Assembly (NCBI GenBank): GCA_040954595.2
Contig: CM082592.2
Location: 9,039,677-9,103,676, forward strand
From: Balanoglossus misakiensis
Taxonomy: Eukaryota; Animalia; Hemichordata
Reading direction: 5' to 3'
DNA length: 64,000 nucleotides
Below, piece after piece: positions 52,527 through 64,000 of this stretch (position 1 is its first letter; the number at the start of each line of letters is the position of its first letter). The notes beneath the pieces were generated by a model, which did not search any database, had not been told where the DNA came from, and saw only the letters and a program-made list of their open reading frames with translations. Both the position numbers and the translations under genes were made by a program.

Positions 52527-55234
52527 GATTTACAGTACTACAATAAAGTAACCGCTTTTTTTTCTGTCGAAATTTTGTGTTTTAGAAAATTTGTACAGAG
52601 ATTTCTTTTCCTTTTTTTTCCGGCAAGCTGTATTTTCAGGAAAATGTATGACAATCTTTTCTTATACATTAATTAAGAAGCTTGGTAACTGAAAATGGTT
52701 GTTTGCTGCTTAGGTGACCCAAAGAAAACCTTTGAGTTTGTTGACCTTTAGCTTATGACATGACCTTTCACCTTGTCAAAGGTTACTACTGTTCATGTCA
52801 GTTTATCGGGTGCTCGACAACAAAATGAAGTACAGTATTTTGATTATTGTAGTCTCTTATGTTTTGGTCATCAAGTTTGGTTGAAAAAAAAACACCTTTC
52901 CACAGAGAAAATTTCATAAACTCACAGCCAGTAAGATGCTCTTTGTGCTAGTCAAAAACCTCACACTATCAACCTCTGTTTTGTGGCTAGGAGAAGTACT
53001 AAAAATTACTGCATGTCAAGTGTTCAAAAGAAACATACTCCATGGAGCAGCTTGTATGGTAATCAAGGTAATCAATGATATTTACTTGTATATGTATGTT
53101 TAATTACGTTGTATCTTTCAATTGAAGAAAATGACTTTTCCACGTCTGCAAAAACACAAAAAAATTGTTTTACGAAGGAAGCAAATAATTTTTTGAAAAA
53201 TTCTGAAATAGATGGGTCAGACGTCCTGTCAACTCAGGAGATGTACATTATTATATGGCATAGATGATGAGATACATTAACCCCACCCCACCCCACCTCC
53301 TTGGTTTCTAGTGGTATTGCCCAGTTTGACCACACACATCCAGTGGACTATCCCACAAAGCTTGAAAATAGTAGGTGACAGGGTTAAGACGAAACAGCAC
53401 AGAGACGGGTTGGCAGTGTCTGACCCATCAACACTGCCGTACAAAATTCAGTGTGCCTTTTCAGTTTGTCAACATGTTGCCTTTTTTGTCTGAAATCGAA
53501 CAAAATATTACGTTCATCATATGTTTATACTGCATTGATGTGACGAAAAGATACTCTCATGTTGTACAGCTGAGAACAAATTAGTTCTTGAGTCTGATAA
53601 TAAATTTTCAGTCTGTTGAATTTTAAGTGTTTTCTTCCATGGGCATTAAGACCTACACTAAGTGGTGACAAGATTTTGCATAGAAGCATAGTCTTTTTTT
53701 AGGTGTACTTCAAGATTGGCACCCCAAAGCGATAAGTTCTTTAAGCATTCCATGTTGGGGTGCCCAAGCAAATTAAGTTTTCAATTATTCTGTGGTTTAG
53801 AGTATAACATTTCACCTCACAATCTTTTTTTCATTGACTGGGTTTTGGTATATGTACCATTAAGAATTCTACTTAAAAAACAGTTTATGCTATATTGAAG
53901 TGTGTATAAATCCAGACATGAATCTGGGAAATGCTATCAATGTTGACTGTAGAGTTTCAGTTCCTTAAAGGCTGTGTCCACTGTAGCATGAGGAGTCAAC
54001 AGACCCCTGTAGCTATAATTCTGATGCTGCTTGATTTCAGTTATTTGTTCTTCTCACGAAACATCCACCTAATAATGACATTTCCAAGACAACCAAAGAC
54101 GAAGTGTATGTCTGTTTTGTCAGAGATAAAATGCTGGTAGTCTGATATATCCGTTGTAAAATTGCTGAAAATGCTGATAATACAGCGCGTGTGATTGGTT
54201 AGTCATATCATCGTAGCACGCGTAGTTTGTTAGCTTCATCAATCCTGGCAGAGTTTACAAATCTGTTTGTTGAACATATCAGTTGACAAGAATTTTATAG
54301 ATACCCACCTTGCACAAATATTGTCATTCCACCTTAATTTTGTTACATGTTTTGTTCTCAAATTTCCTGAACTTTATTCTATTTTCTGAATTCAGATCAA
54401 GATTGCTACAGTTTATCACTCACTGAAAAGTATAGATCAAACTTTATGACAGAGAGACACTGGACAGTATATTTTTAGAGATGTGATAAAACAGAAATGT
54501 GGTTTAGAAGAATGTGATTATGTATAAAGTTTGTATTGTATCTCCAGATGTGTAGTGTATGACTCAAGCCTATCGGCAAGTTGGCCAGTAGTTTAGACTT
54601 AGTAGCAGATGCATGCAACTTCTTGTAAATATGTTGGCTGTAGCACTTTTCTCCCCTCAAATACTGTTTTTTTTCATCATTACTTACCTATCGCAAATCA
54701 AATGTTCACAATAATTGTGTAAATATTAGAGAGACTAATCAATTCGTCTGGATTTGTTGCCAATGTTTTTCAAAATGGCTGCTTAATGATTCCAAGGGGA
54801 GTTTCTATGGAAACTAGTTGACCCTAATGGCCTTTTCCTTGAATTGAATCTTGTCCGGAGGAGATACCATCACAAAGAGTGGCTCCCATCACGTTTTGAA
54901 ACAAATTAAACTGCCAGGATTATCTTCCAGAAAAGCTCAGTTGAATTCGTGAACACAAATCTAGCAATGGTAGCTGATGTGAACACTACAATGTCCTTTC
55001 CTGAAGTTTGATAATAGACAAACTACCTTGTAATGCAGTGCTGCACATCAGAATAATTCACTCTTCAGTTGACGAGATGTGAACGCAGCAAGTATAAATC
55101 TATATTTGATGGTGAATAATAATAATGCAGTGTTCTGTTTTTTCTCCTTCGATGAATACTCTGATGTACCTTTTCTGTAAATTGCCATTGAGTCAATAAA
55201 TACTTGGAAATGCAGAGGATGTGTCTGTCGTGTG

Positions 55235-55321
55235 CAATCTGATTAAAATCAGATGTAGGGAACAGCGACTTGGTTTTTTTTATGCTGTCGCCGTTCCCTA
55301 CATCTGATTTTAATCAGATTG
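55235..55321. mobile_element. 87-bp fold-back MITE with 35-bp TIRs and 9-bp TSD
   Basis: TIRs 55235-55269 and 55287-55321 (one mismatch); TSD TGTCGTGTG at 55226-55234 and 55322-55330. Confidence 0.88.
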
Positions 55322-56365
55322 TGTCGTGTGCTGAGAGAAAGCTCTAGCCTCGGGTTTTGTCAAATTTCCCATCCTCTCTCGATCAGGAGATCAGAGCTAT
55401 GTCTGCATTTTGAAATGACGGACTTACAAACTATGTAAAAGGTAGAAAAGTTTATTAAACAAAAAATATTTACAAAAAATATAAAAAATGGAGTGTTGAT
55501 GATGAGTGTGAAAAGTTATAATTTCACACAACAGAGAAATGGTTGCTAAATAGATGTACTACATAGACAGGGAAAGGCAAAAATGCTCCTGTGACTTATT
55601 ATGTTCAGATCTCTGTATAATAAAGCTGTACATTGGAAGCTGTATTTAAAGATTCACAACAGAAAATTATAATGCACACAAAAATTTCAAATCTTGTGCG
55701 AGTGTAGCATCAAGCAGGCACACATCTCTTAGAAACTTGTTTTAAACTGAAAACGTGACAGTTGATATGTGACGGAGGCTTTCAATAAAACATCAAACCA
55801 TCAACACTTACTACAAATGTACATGTTGAACTATGAGAATTCTTCAATCGGTAGTTTTGGAAAATTCACACATGTATAAAAGTTGTTTAGGAAGACGATA
55901 TAATTAACGATATAATTACGGGTATCAATCCAAACACCGTCATGATTAGCCAAGTAATGTTCTTGATGTATAAATACAACAACAAATGTGAGGGGTCCCA
56001 ACAGGTAAAAGTTACACTGTAACATGGAAGAAACAGGTACCATGTGAATACACTACACGCTACAATTTCTCTGAAAAATACTAAAATCTGAAAAATAATA
56101 TCATGTTACTTTTATATACACTTTGCATATCAAATCGCTAACTAATATATTTTATATGTGTAATTTATTAGAATTTGACTATGCTTGCAATTAGACAGCA
56201 GTTTTTCTCACTGTAATTTTTATGCATATTTAGTTTAGTTTACTGAACCAAAGGTCTTTTGCTATTTCTTCTTCTGTGATTAGCTGCTGCCGTTTTACCT
56301 TTTTTTTCTGGTTCCTACTGGCTGGCATCTGCGAATATATCAGGTGGTATGATCAAGTTTGACAG

Positions 56366-59300
56366 TCATGGCGAGTGGAGATGGTTGGATAGCGTCTCTG
56401 CCTATAACACAAAAGAGAAGTCAGTCATTAAGACATGTATGGGCAAACCCAGAGCCTTCCTGAGTTAGCGTATTCTGCACCTCACCGTGTGTACAATGCG
56501 CTCATTTACACTATAATCTAATCCATGCAAGAAAAGCCTAAATTCTCACCTTCACTTCATTGCCATCTCCATTACAGCGTCTTTGGTATCTTTTCTGCCT
56601 GTCACGGACTGTCCCAGACTCCCAGTCACGTTTCACTTGATCGGACCTCTTCTGTTTCAGACCCTCTCCTTCTGTGTACGAGCCAGAGGGTGTCGAGTCA
56701 CACTGCAAATTGGCCGGTCTCTCCGAATGGGAAGTTGCAGCATAGCAGTGATCGCCTGCGCTTGGGTCATCTGGGTCTCTGCAGCTCACGATGTCATCCT
56801 CTGCGTCCTGACTGCTCGTGCTGCAAGTGTCGACTGCGGAACTTGACTCGCTGTCCGCCAAGCCTTCGTCCTGTGTAAAAGAACTGGCTGCTATGGGAGA
56901 TGAGGCTGTGCTGATTTTCCTGGCGCAAGTGTTTTGTTTTGTCTGGGAATTCCTCTGCGTAGAGTTCGCAACATCTTTGCTGATTTTCTCATCAGTACAT
57001 TTACTCTCCTTCTTCGCTGGGAACTGTTTGACCTTATCGGGCGACTTGCAGTAATTGTGGTCGGTATCAGCAAAGTTGTAGTAAATTCTGTCCGCACTTT
57101 TCTGAGTAACAGCACAGTTCCTTCCCACATCCAAACCTATTTGTGCGGGACTTGTAGACAGGCTGACTTTACGTTTGGGGGTATTATTCCAAGTGTTTGT
57201 AACGTCTTGGGGCCGGGACTTGGGCGTTGCCGTCCCTTTGCTTTTACCCGGCGTCATCCTGGACGCACTCGGAGAACCCAAGAGACGCTCAGGTCCCAAT
57301 TTTTCCAGCTTTACGATGACGTTTGGATCAACTTCCGTGCCGTCCACAATCATCTTCGGACTCAACCCTAAAATGCCTACGGGCGACAGCACTGTTGCAG
57401 ACGACGGCACATTTGGAACGCTGCTGTCTTTACGGCGTCGCTGGTTGGAGCTACACGGTTTCTTTTTTGCCTGCGGCACTCCGTGACTGAACCCAGACAT
57501 GGAAGAGAGTCTCTTCCGTCGGAAAGTCGCAAGCGGATCCCCGACCTCGTGAGGCTGTGAGTCCCTCGCAATTCCTGTGTCCTTCTCCGGCCTTGCAGTG
57601 CCGGCGTCACCGTAAACGTTCTCTTGCTCGTCGTGTACATGCAACTCTTGCCTCGATTTCACCGGCGTTGCGACAGTGCTGAGTTGCTTGTCCAGTTCGG
57701 ACAACTTGTCCTCCAAGGTGACGGCCACAGCTTTCTTGGTCTTCTGGTTCCTGGTCGGCTTGAACTTCTTCACCCCCAGCTGCTCGAGCTTCTTTGCTTT
57801 CGTCGCTTTGAGCTTGGTCACCACGAAGGGATCTTTAAACGTCATCATCCTTGACATCTTCCTCAAACCTGTGAGGTTTGTCTTGCCGTTTGTGTCTGGT
57901 CTGGGACTTTCAAATATAGTCTCCAAATTCCTCTTTTTGGTTTTCTTCGGCCCCCTTGTAGTGTACAGTTTCTCCACTGCTATGTCCGACTTGGATTTCT
58001 TCTCTTGCTTTGCAGTTTTCCTGGACTGATCGCCGGATTTTTGTGTGTTATCGTTTACTTCTCTGTCAGTGACTCTGCTTTTCCGCCTGTTTGATTTGCG
58101 GGTGTCTTGCTGTTGTTGAAGATCAGCCTCATCTGTGTTCTCAGAGATCGTTTCTGCCGACTGCGGTAAAGCTTCTGCAGGTGACTCGGTACAGGGAATG
58201 TCCTCTGGGGCACAGTCGTTGACGTCCGTTGATTCTGTCATTTCATGTCCCTCATCAGTCTGCACAGAAGAGTTGCCTACAGAAGAAGTCTCACTTTCAT
58301 TGTCACTGGAACCGCAATCAGTTTCTGTCAAATTGTCTGCGTTTCCACCTGGAATTTCAACACCGCAGTTTGGATCTTTGTCTGCGCTTTCTGAATCATT
58401 CTGACTGAGAGACTTTTTCCCGCTCTGTGCATTCTCCTCACGGGACACCGTTCCGACATTTTGGTTCATTGTGGTACAGCAGTAGATGGCGCTTTGAGCT
58501 TCCAGAAAACTCCGCCGCCGTCTACGTTGTTTTCCGCCTCCTTCCTGGGTGGTACACATAAAATGACTGGGGCTTAACAAGGAGTCACTGTACAAAGCCT
58601 CCAACGCTCTGAGGGAAACCCTACGCTGACTGCGTTTCGGCTTGGATGTTTCTACCTCAGGATTCGCTTCACTGTCTGCTTTATCGTCATCAAACATGGT
58701 GGCACAAGAACCGACATCATAAGGAAATATCTCCACAATGTCGCCTTTTTCTGCACAATCGGTTTCCGGCAAGAAGCCATCACAAACTATCTCGTCATCG
58801 GGTGTGATGGTTATGGATAACCTCTTCTTCAGTCGGACATTCCTCCTTGGCTCAGGCCTGATGGATTTATCTTCGTTTGAGGAATCGGTGTGCGCCTTGC
58901 CACATATATCTTCACCTGTCGTTCCAATGGCAGCTGCATCTACGTCTGTTGATTCATGGCTGGCTGCATCCGTTTCTTTGCAACTCTCGGTTTCTGTATC
59001 CACATCTCTGACGACGCAGTGATCAAGGATAGTTTGCTTGCCTTCATCATGAGATCCGACATCGCTTTCCTCATTCAGACCTGAAACAGCGGCACTCGGA
59101 AACTTCCTGGATCTACCCCTTCTCAGCTGCACGAAAACTCCCGACTCTTGCTTTGTGGCTCGGACAGTGACTTTCTGACCCTGAGACTTTACAGCGTCTG
59201 CTCTTGAAGCACCCAGTGGTTGGGTCTCACTCGCTTCCTGATCTCTAGCATCCCTGCTCTTGCCCAGTAATGCATCACCTACAGCTGCCTCCTCCTCACA

Positions 59301-61978
59301 AGCACCGTCGCCTTGGTCACCATCTCTGATGTCTGTTGCCTGGAGATCTGCTGGGAGACCACAATCCCCTTCCGACTTGTTTGCAGGGTCACTGATGGTC
59401 TCTGGAGACTCTTTGGCAATGTTGTTCCACTTTGACGATGAAACAGCAGCGCCATTTTTCCTCCTGCAATTTCTTTTACCTTTTACATTTACTTGGACCT
59501 TCTTGCCAGACTTCTGATTAAGGTTATCACTTCCAAGTTTTCCCTCTGTAATGCTTCCTGCAGCAGAATCCTCCACATCATCACTGCTTTTCACATTATC
59601 ACCCTTATCCACCTCCTCCTCCAAGCTGTTCTCCACAGCACTGACATCCATCTCTCTCTGATCTCCAGCGGCGTCCGCGCCGACACTATAGTTTGGACTG
59701 TCTCCCACCTTGACGGATGTGTTCTCCTGCAAGTTCTTGAGAGAAGTGTCAATCACATCCAAGCTGCTTTCGTTACTCATGTCGCTCAGATCGGGGGTTC
59801 TGGGCGTCAGGCACTTGTACAGAGGCACGTACATGCCACTTGCTCTCCTCTTCTGCTTCTTCTTACCGGAGTAAGCGTAACTGGCCCCAAACACAGAATC
59901 CCTGTCGTCAAAACTCCTGCTGGTGTTATCATCTGTCACGGAGGAGTCCACGCTCACTGAACCGGACCCACCTGCCATTTCGGGAGTTGTAGACGAGCAT
60001 CTCCTCGATGTCTCGGCAGGATGATCAGACACGCCCAGGTCTGCATCATCCGTAGTTTTTTCTGCCTTGACTTCTATTTTAGGTGTTCTGTGTCTGTCTG
60101 AAGCCACATCGCTGCACATGTTGGTACTTCCACAACTGTCCCTTTCACTTTGGCTCCCTTCATCTAAACCGCACTCGTTTTCCTCAACCGTCTTCGCTTT
60201 CTTCCAGGGGCTGCAGGCAGTATGGCAGGCTGAGGTTTCCTCTGTCTCTGAATTGCCCCTCTTCCCTGGAGATACAGCTTTTGGAGGCGCTGTTATCCCA
60301 TGCGGGGAATTGGTATCCGTAGTAGAGTCTGGAGTCAGTGCCTGTGTCTCAGCACCAACCGAGTAATCATTAGCTGTTCCAGGGGTGCCGCTGTTTCTGC
60401 TTGGGCCTGGTTCAGCATTTCCTTGCTGTGAGCATGATCCTTCAAGGGTTGGAGAGTCACCACTGATCGGTGGAAGATCTTCTGGGGTGTCTCCTCCCTG
60501 AAGATTCTGCGTTGGAGGCATTTTACGGGGAGTTACGACAGCGGCAGCTGCATCATCATCCATTTGACCTCTGCCCTCAGCCTCAGTTTTAACAGGAGAT
60601 TGGGAAGGAGAACTGCTGGAATTCTCCGGTGGCGATTGCGGATCGCTTCCTGGACTCATGATAGCCGAAGACATATTCGTCAGCCAGTCCGCGTACATAC
60701 TTTGAAACTGCACGTTTTTCCCCCCGCGCCTGGTCACAGACACGGGCGTGGTGTACCTGGACGCGTTACCGCCGAGACTCCTCCGCGAGGATCGGCGTGA
60801 CGTCGACTGGTCTCTTGGGCTTTCGTCTGAGAGCGAGTCTTGCTTCTGATCAGAATCCTCTGTTTGGCTGACTTTCGGGTATTTCCTAGGCCGGCCCCTG
60901 GGTCTCTTGACTGTTGATTGGAGAGGACTACTAGGAGTGTTACTTGTTGTATCAGTTGAACTGTTCTCTGGCTTGCCTTGTCCTGCTTTGTTGGATGTCT
61001 CCATTTGCCCAGCTCTGCCCACCTTTGGATTCTTTTCGCTCGTGTCTTTAACATCCATTCTTTTGGGCTTATCTACGACACCTCTGGGATACCTCTCTCT
61101 TGTGATCCTTTGATCTGCAGCTTTGCTTCTGGTCGTTATTTGACGTCTGTTTTGAGCCGATCTGTGCTTGGAATTTGGATCTCGGACACTCTTCAGAAAA
61201 GTGATTTCATGATCCAGGGGTACAATGCAACAGTTTTTAAGCAACATTGGTGGAGATAAATTGCCAGACGTCGGTGTTTCAACCTGGGAGGGAAAAAAAG
61301 ATTGAAAACAAATGCTCAAGTCAAAGACATCATCGCAAAATATCCTGTAGGGTTCTCCAAGAAGATTAAAGGGGTAACCCTCTCTATTTCAATCAGCAGT
61401 TTCACTTTTGAAAGACAGAAAAGGGACTGGGCAAACAATAAAAGAAAAACATTCTACGAGTATCTTACCTTTGTTCTATCTGTTTCAGGTGAAGACACCG
61501 GTGTGATGTACGGAATAGTGTGTACCATGGCAACAGTTGTAAGTTTTCCATCTTCTGAATCTATTAGAAATTACAAGGGGACATTCAGTAAGGTCATATG
61601 CCACTGAGCAGTTTGGACCAGCTATCAGACAGCGCAGATGGCGAAATATTACTTTAGACAGTAGAAACAGTAGAAATTCACAAATTTTGACATGTGGCTG
61701 TATATGCAGTGTCAGTTACAGCAGTTACGAATAAGGATCACCTCACCTTTGTTTCCCATTACCGAATTATGTCCCGAGAGAGCATTGCCATTTCTCGAAA
61801 CCTCATCACTCAGCTCATCGTTTTCACCTTCTCCATCATCCATGAAGCTGTAGGCATGAATGTCGTCCATGTGGCCAATCTTTGCAGCTTTTCGGGGACT
61901 TTTGCTCAGGAAGTCTTGCAGCTCCTGCGTGGGCTTGGGCTTACGCTGACTTCTCCGTGGCTCTTGCGTGGCCAGCAT
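56366..61978 (-). CDS. Tantalus-domain PRR14/PRR14L-like disordered nuclear protein (~1697 aa)
   Basis: Exons 61978-61747, 61560-61469, 61283-56550 (4.7 kb) and 56401-56366 in frame. Tantalus-like segment VEKLYTTRGPKKTKKRNLETIFESP..GLRKMSRMMTF; AT-hook KRPRGRPRK; S/T/D/E-rich low complexity. Confidence 0.75.
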
Positions 61979-62383
61979 TTTTGTTTCAATCAGAACTTTC
62001 TAGAATACTAATAGTGAAATAAAACAGTGTTGTCTCATTTGGAGATGCAAAGTTTGTTAACATCGGATCCAATCATGGAGGTTGATTGTATTGTGATGCA
62101 TTGGTATATATGTTATGCATTATGCAAGAGAGCAATGTGACAGTGACACGAGTGAGGTACGCCAAATCTTGGCTAAAAGTTTGCCATAATTCTAGTTACC
62201 TTCAAGGCAGGCAACCTATAAATAGAGATCATCGCATCGGAGAACAAAAATAACAAGCCGATCGTATTTAAACTGGGCTATTAAAATGCTCATGTTTTGA
62301 ACTGGACCCTGATCGAGGTGTCACTGTCAGTTGTTCCACCAATGTTTGAAACTTTATAAAGTCGATTTGAAAGCACTACTTAC

Positions 62384-62869
62384 GTCTTATTAATAATCGC
62401 GATGAAATATATTTTCTTACATACTACTGCACATCCGGATTTCCTAATGAGAATACATATAAAGAATAAATCAATAAGATATCGAGCAACTTCGGTGACT
62501 GTTGTCCTTTTCAGTTGAAATTGATCGAATGTGCCGCTTCGGCTGTTGTGACCTTTACACTAAGGCCACGCAGCCTACTGTTAATTCTTTCCAAGAACGA
62601 CAGTATTTTGCGTTAGTTTAGCGATATTTATCTTATCAATACAAAAATAATTGTGTCTACATAATAAATGGTGTAATACGTAGTGATAATACAGCATTGC
62701 CCCAAATTCTGAAACATTTATAACTAATTTTCTCTAAGTCCTGTATATCACTACTAAGCTGAGGGTTTTTCTGTCCCGTGATGCTTTTTCAAAATGGTGG
62801 CCTAGAGTCAATGTGGTGAACACGTTTTTTTCTGTCTTTCGCGATATCGATAAATGATAACCGTGAGAG
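62384..62869. promoter_or_regulatory. Bidirectional promoter between the PRR14-like gene and RUSF1
   Basis: Head-to-head arrangement; minus-strand donor (cttac) at ~62383 suggests a 5'UTR exon; aaaatggtgg YY1-like motif ~62791. Confidence 0.5.
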
Positions 62870-64000
62870 ATGGAAACTATCGTGTGTGAGGAACAGTATG
62901 GTTCTCACAGTACTGCCATACGCTACAGAAAAGGTGACGATGGTCTCATTCGCAAGATAACTGGAAGAGATCGCCGTTTCTCTTCCGTGTCTCAGTTCTT
63001 CCGGGTGAGAACTGTAATATTGTTTGTAAACATATGTACCGTGATCTGGATACTGAGGGTCATGACCGGCTCGTAAGAGCTAACAAATAAAACTAAAACT
63101 ACCATGGGTACCTTAAGCGAAGATAGCTTTTCGTATCAATAGTTCGAAGTAGAAACAGAGTTTCGGGCTGGATTCCCTACCATCTGCTATGGATCTCCCC
63201 GGGGGACCCGCACATATAGAGCAGTGGGCACTCCTACCTCCATGATACCTCCGTAATTCCCAGGCTGTGCTGCCCCCGTGCAGTGGAATGATAATTAAAC
63301 ACACACCAAAATGAAATATATTGGCAAACTCATTAAAAAATATGCACACACATATAAAAAATACATGAAATGATACGACAATATAATCTAAGTACAATGC
63401 ATTCTACTTTCTTCATGCGTGTAGCATTCAAATTTAAGGAGAAGTAAATCCTTTTTTACCTATTTACTTTCCAGTCTGTGTTCCTACCACAAGGTTATCC
63501 TGAGAGTGTCAGTGAAGACTATTTGACTTATCAATTTTGGGATACTGTACAGGTAACATTTGGTATTTTTGTACTAGAGGATACTGACCTCCATGTTCAG
63601 TTTGCATTGGCGAATCACAACACAGATTATAGATAAGGTGTGTTATAAAAGAAGTTGCTTTCGTGTTCATTCACATCATCATTCTTAATTCCATGCAGGC
63701 ATTTTGTAGCTATCTCACTGGAACCTTGGCAACGCAGGCAATGTTAAAAGGAGTAGGAGTTGGCGATGAAACTGCAACACCAATGGCTGCAACAATCACC
63801 TGGATTCTCAAAGGTCAGATTGGTGTATTTATGAACGTAGTTACACAACCTTTATTACCTAGCTTTCAAAGAGGTTTATGGAATACAGTGGTCTTGTAAT
63901 GCAGGGCCAGGCTTTTCCTGCTGTACACTAGAGAATTGTAAAGTCACACTAGGCACAATCTGGATCTGTTTCTCTTTCAGATGGCACAGGTATGACTGGA
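62870..64000 (+). CDS. RUSF1: RUS family member 1 (C16orf58 homologue), truncated by window end
   Basis: Exons 62870-63004, 63475-63552 (VFLPQGYPESVSEDYLTYQFWDTVQ), 63699-63813 (AFCSYLTGTLATQAMLKGVGVG..TWILK), 63981-64000 (DGTGMTG). Confidence 0.93.

Noticed and set aside
56525-61259. Many plus-strand ORFs overlapping the giant exon
   Set aside because: Antisense shadows of the long minus-strand reading frame.
1-64000. CRISPR arrays, prokaryotic operons, autonomous transposase/RT ORFs, selenoprotein signals, U12 introns
   Set aside because: None seen: no repeat-spacer arrays, no transposase or RT motifs in the ORF track, no in-frame TGA in the reconstructed genes, and the introns I reconstructed are ordinary GT-AG.

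Overview
Gene-dense, intron-rich animal genomic DNA. GT-AG introns, AT-rich introns and MITE types suggest an invertebrate bilaterian, possibly a marine deuterostome (inference). Exon-by-exon reading supports 10 protein-coding genes and one tRNA gene, in order: LRRC74-like (-, runs off the left edge), a divergent NR1-family nuclear receptor (+), CHCHD2/10 (+), CRCP/RPC9 (-), CHEK2 (+), theta-class GST (-), tRNA-Thr(TGT) (-), TMEM199/VMA12 (+), CASTOR (+), a Tantalus-domain PRR14/PRR14L-like gene (-) and RUSF1 (+, runs off the right edge). The main finding is in CASTOR: two tandem 95-nt homologous exons (51280-51374 and 51575-51669) with identical phases encode the ACT4 half of the arginine pocket. 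One is canonical. The other keeps the fold but lacks the guanidinium-binding Asp. This suggests a mutually exclusive splicing switch of amino-acid sensing upstream of mTORC1. Other notable items are a TATA-driven structured exon upstream of the nuclear receptor, a microexon and long-range inverted repeats in LRRC74, MITEs with clean TSDs, a CLEAR motif at TMEM199, and a gene set whose human homologues lie on chr 7/16/17/22. Gene identities come from recalled family motifs, not database searches.
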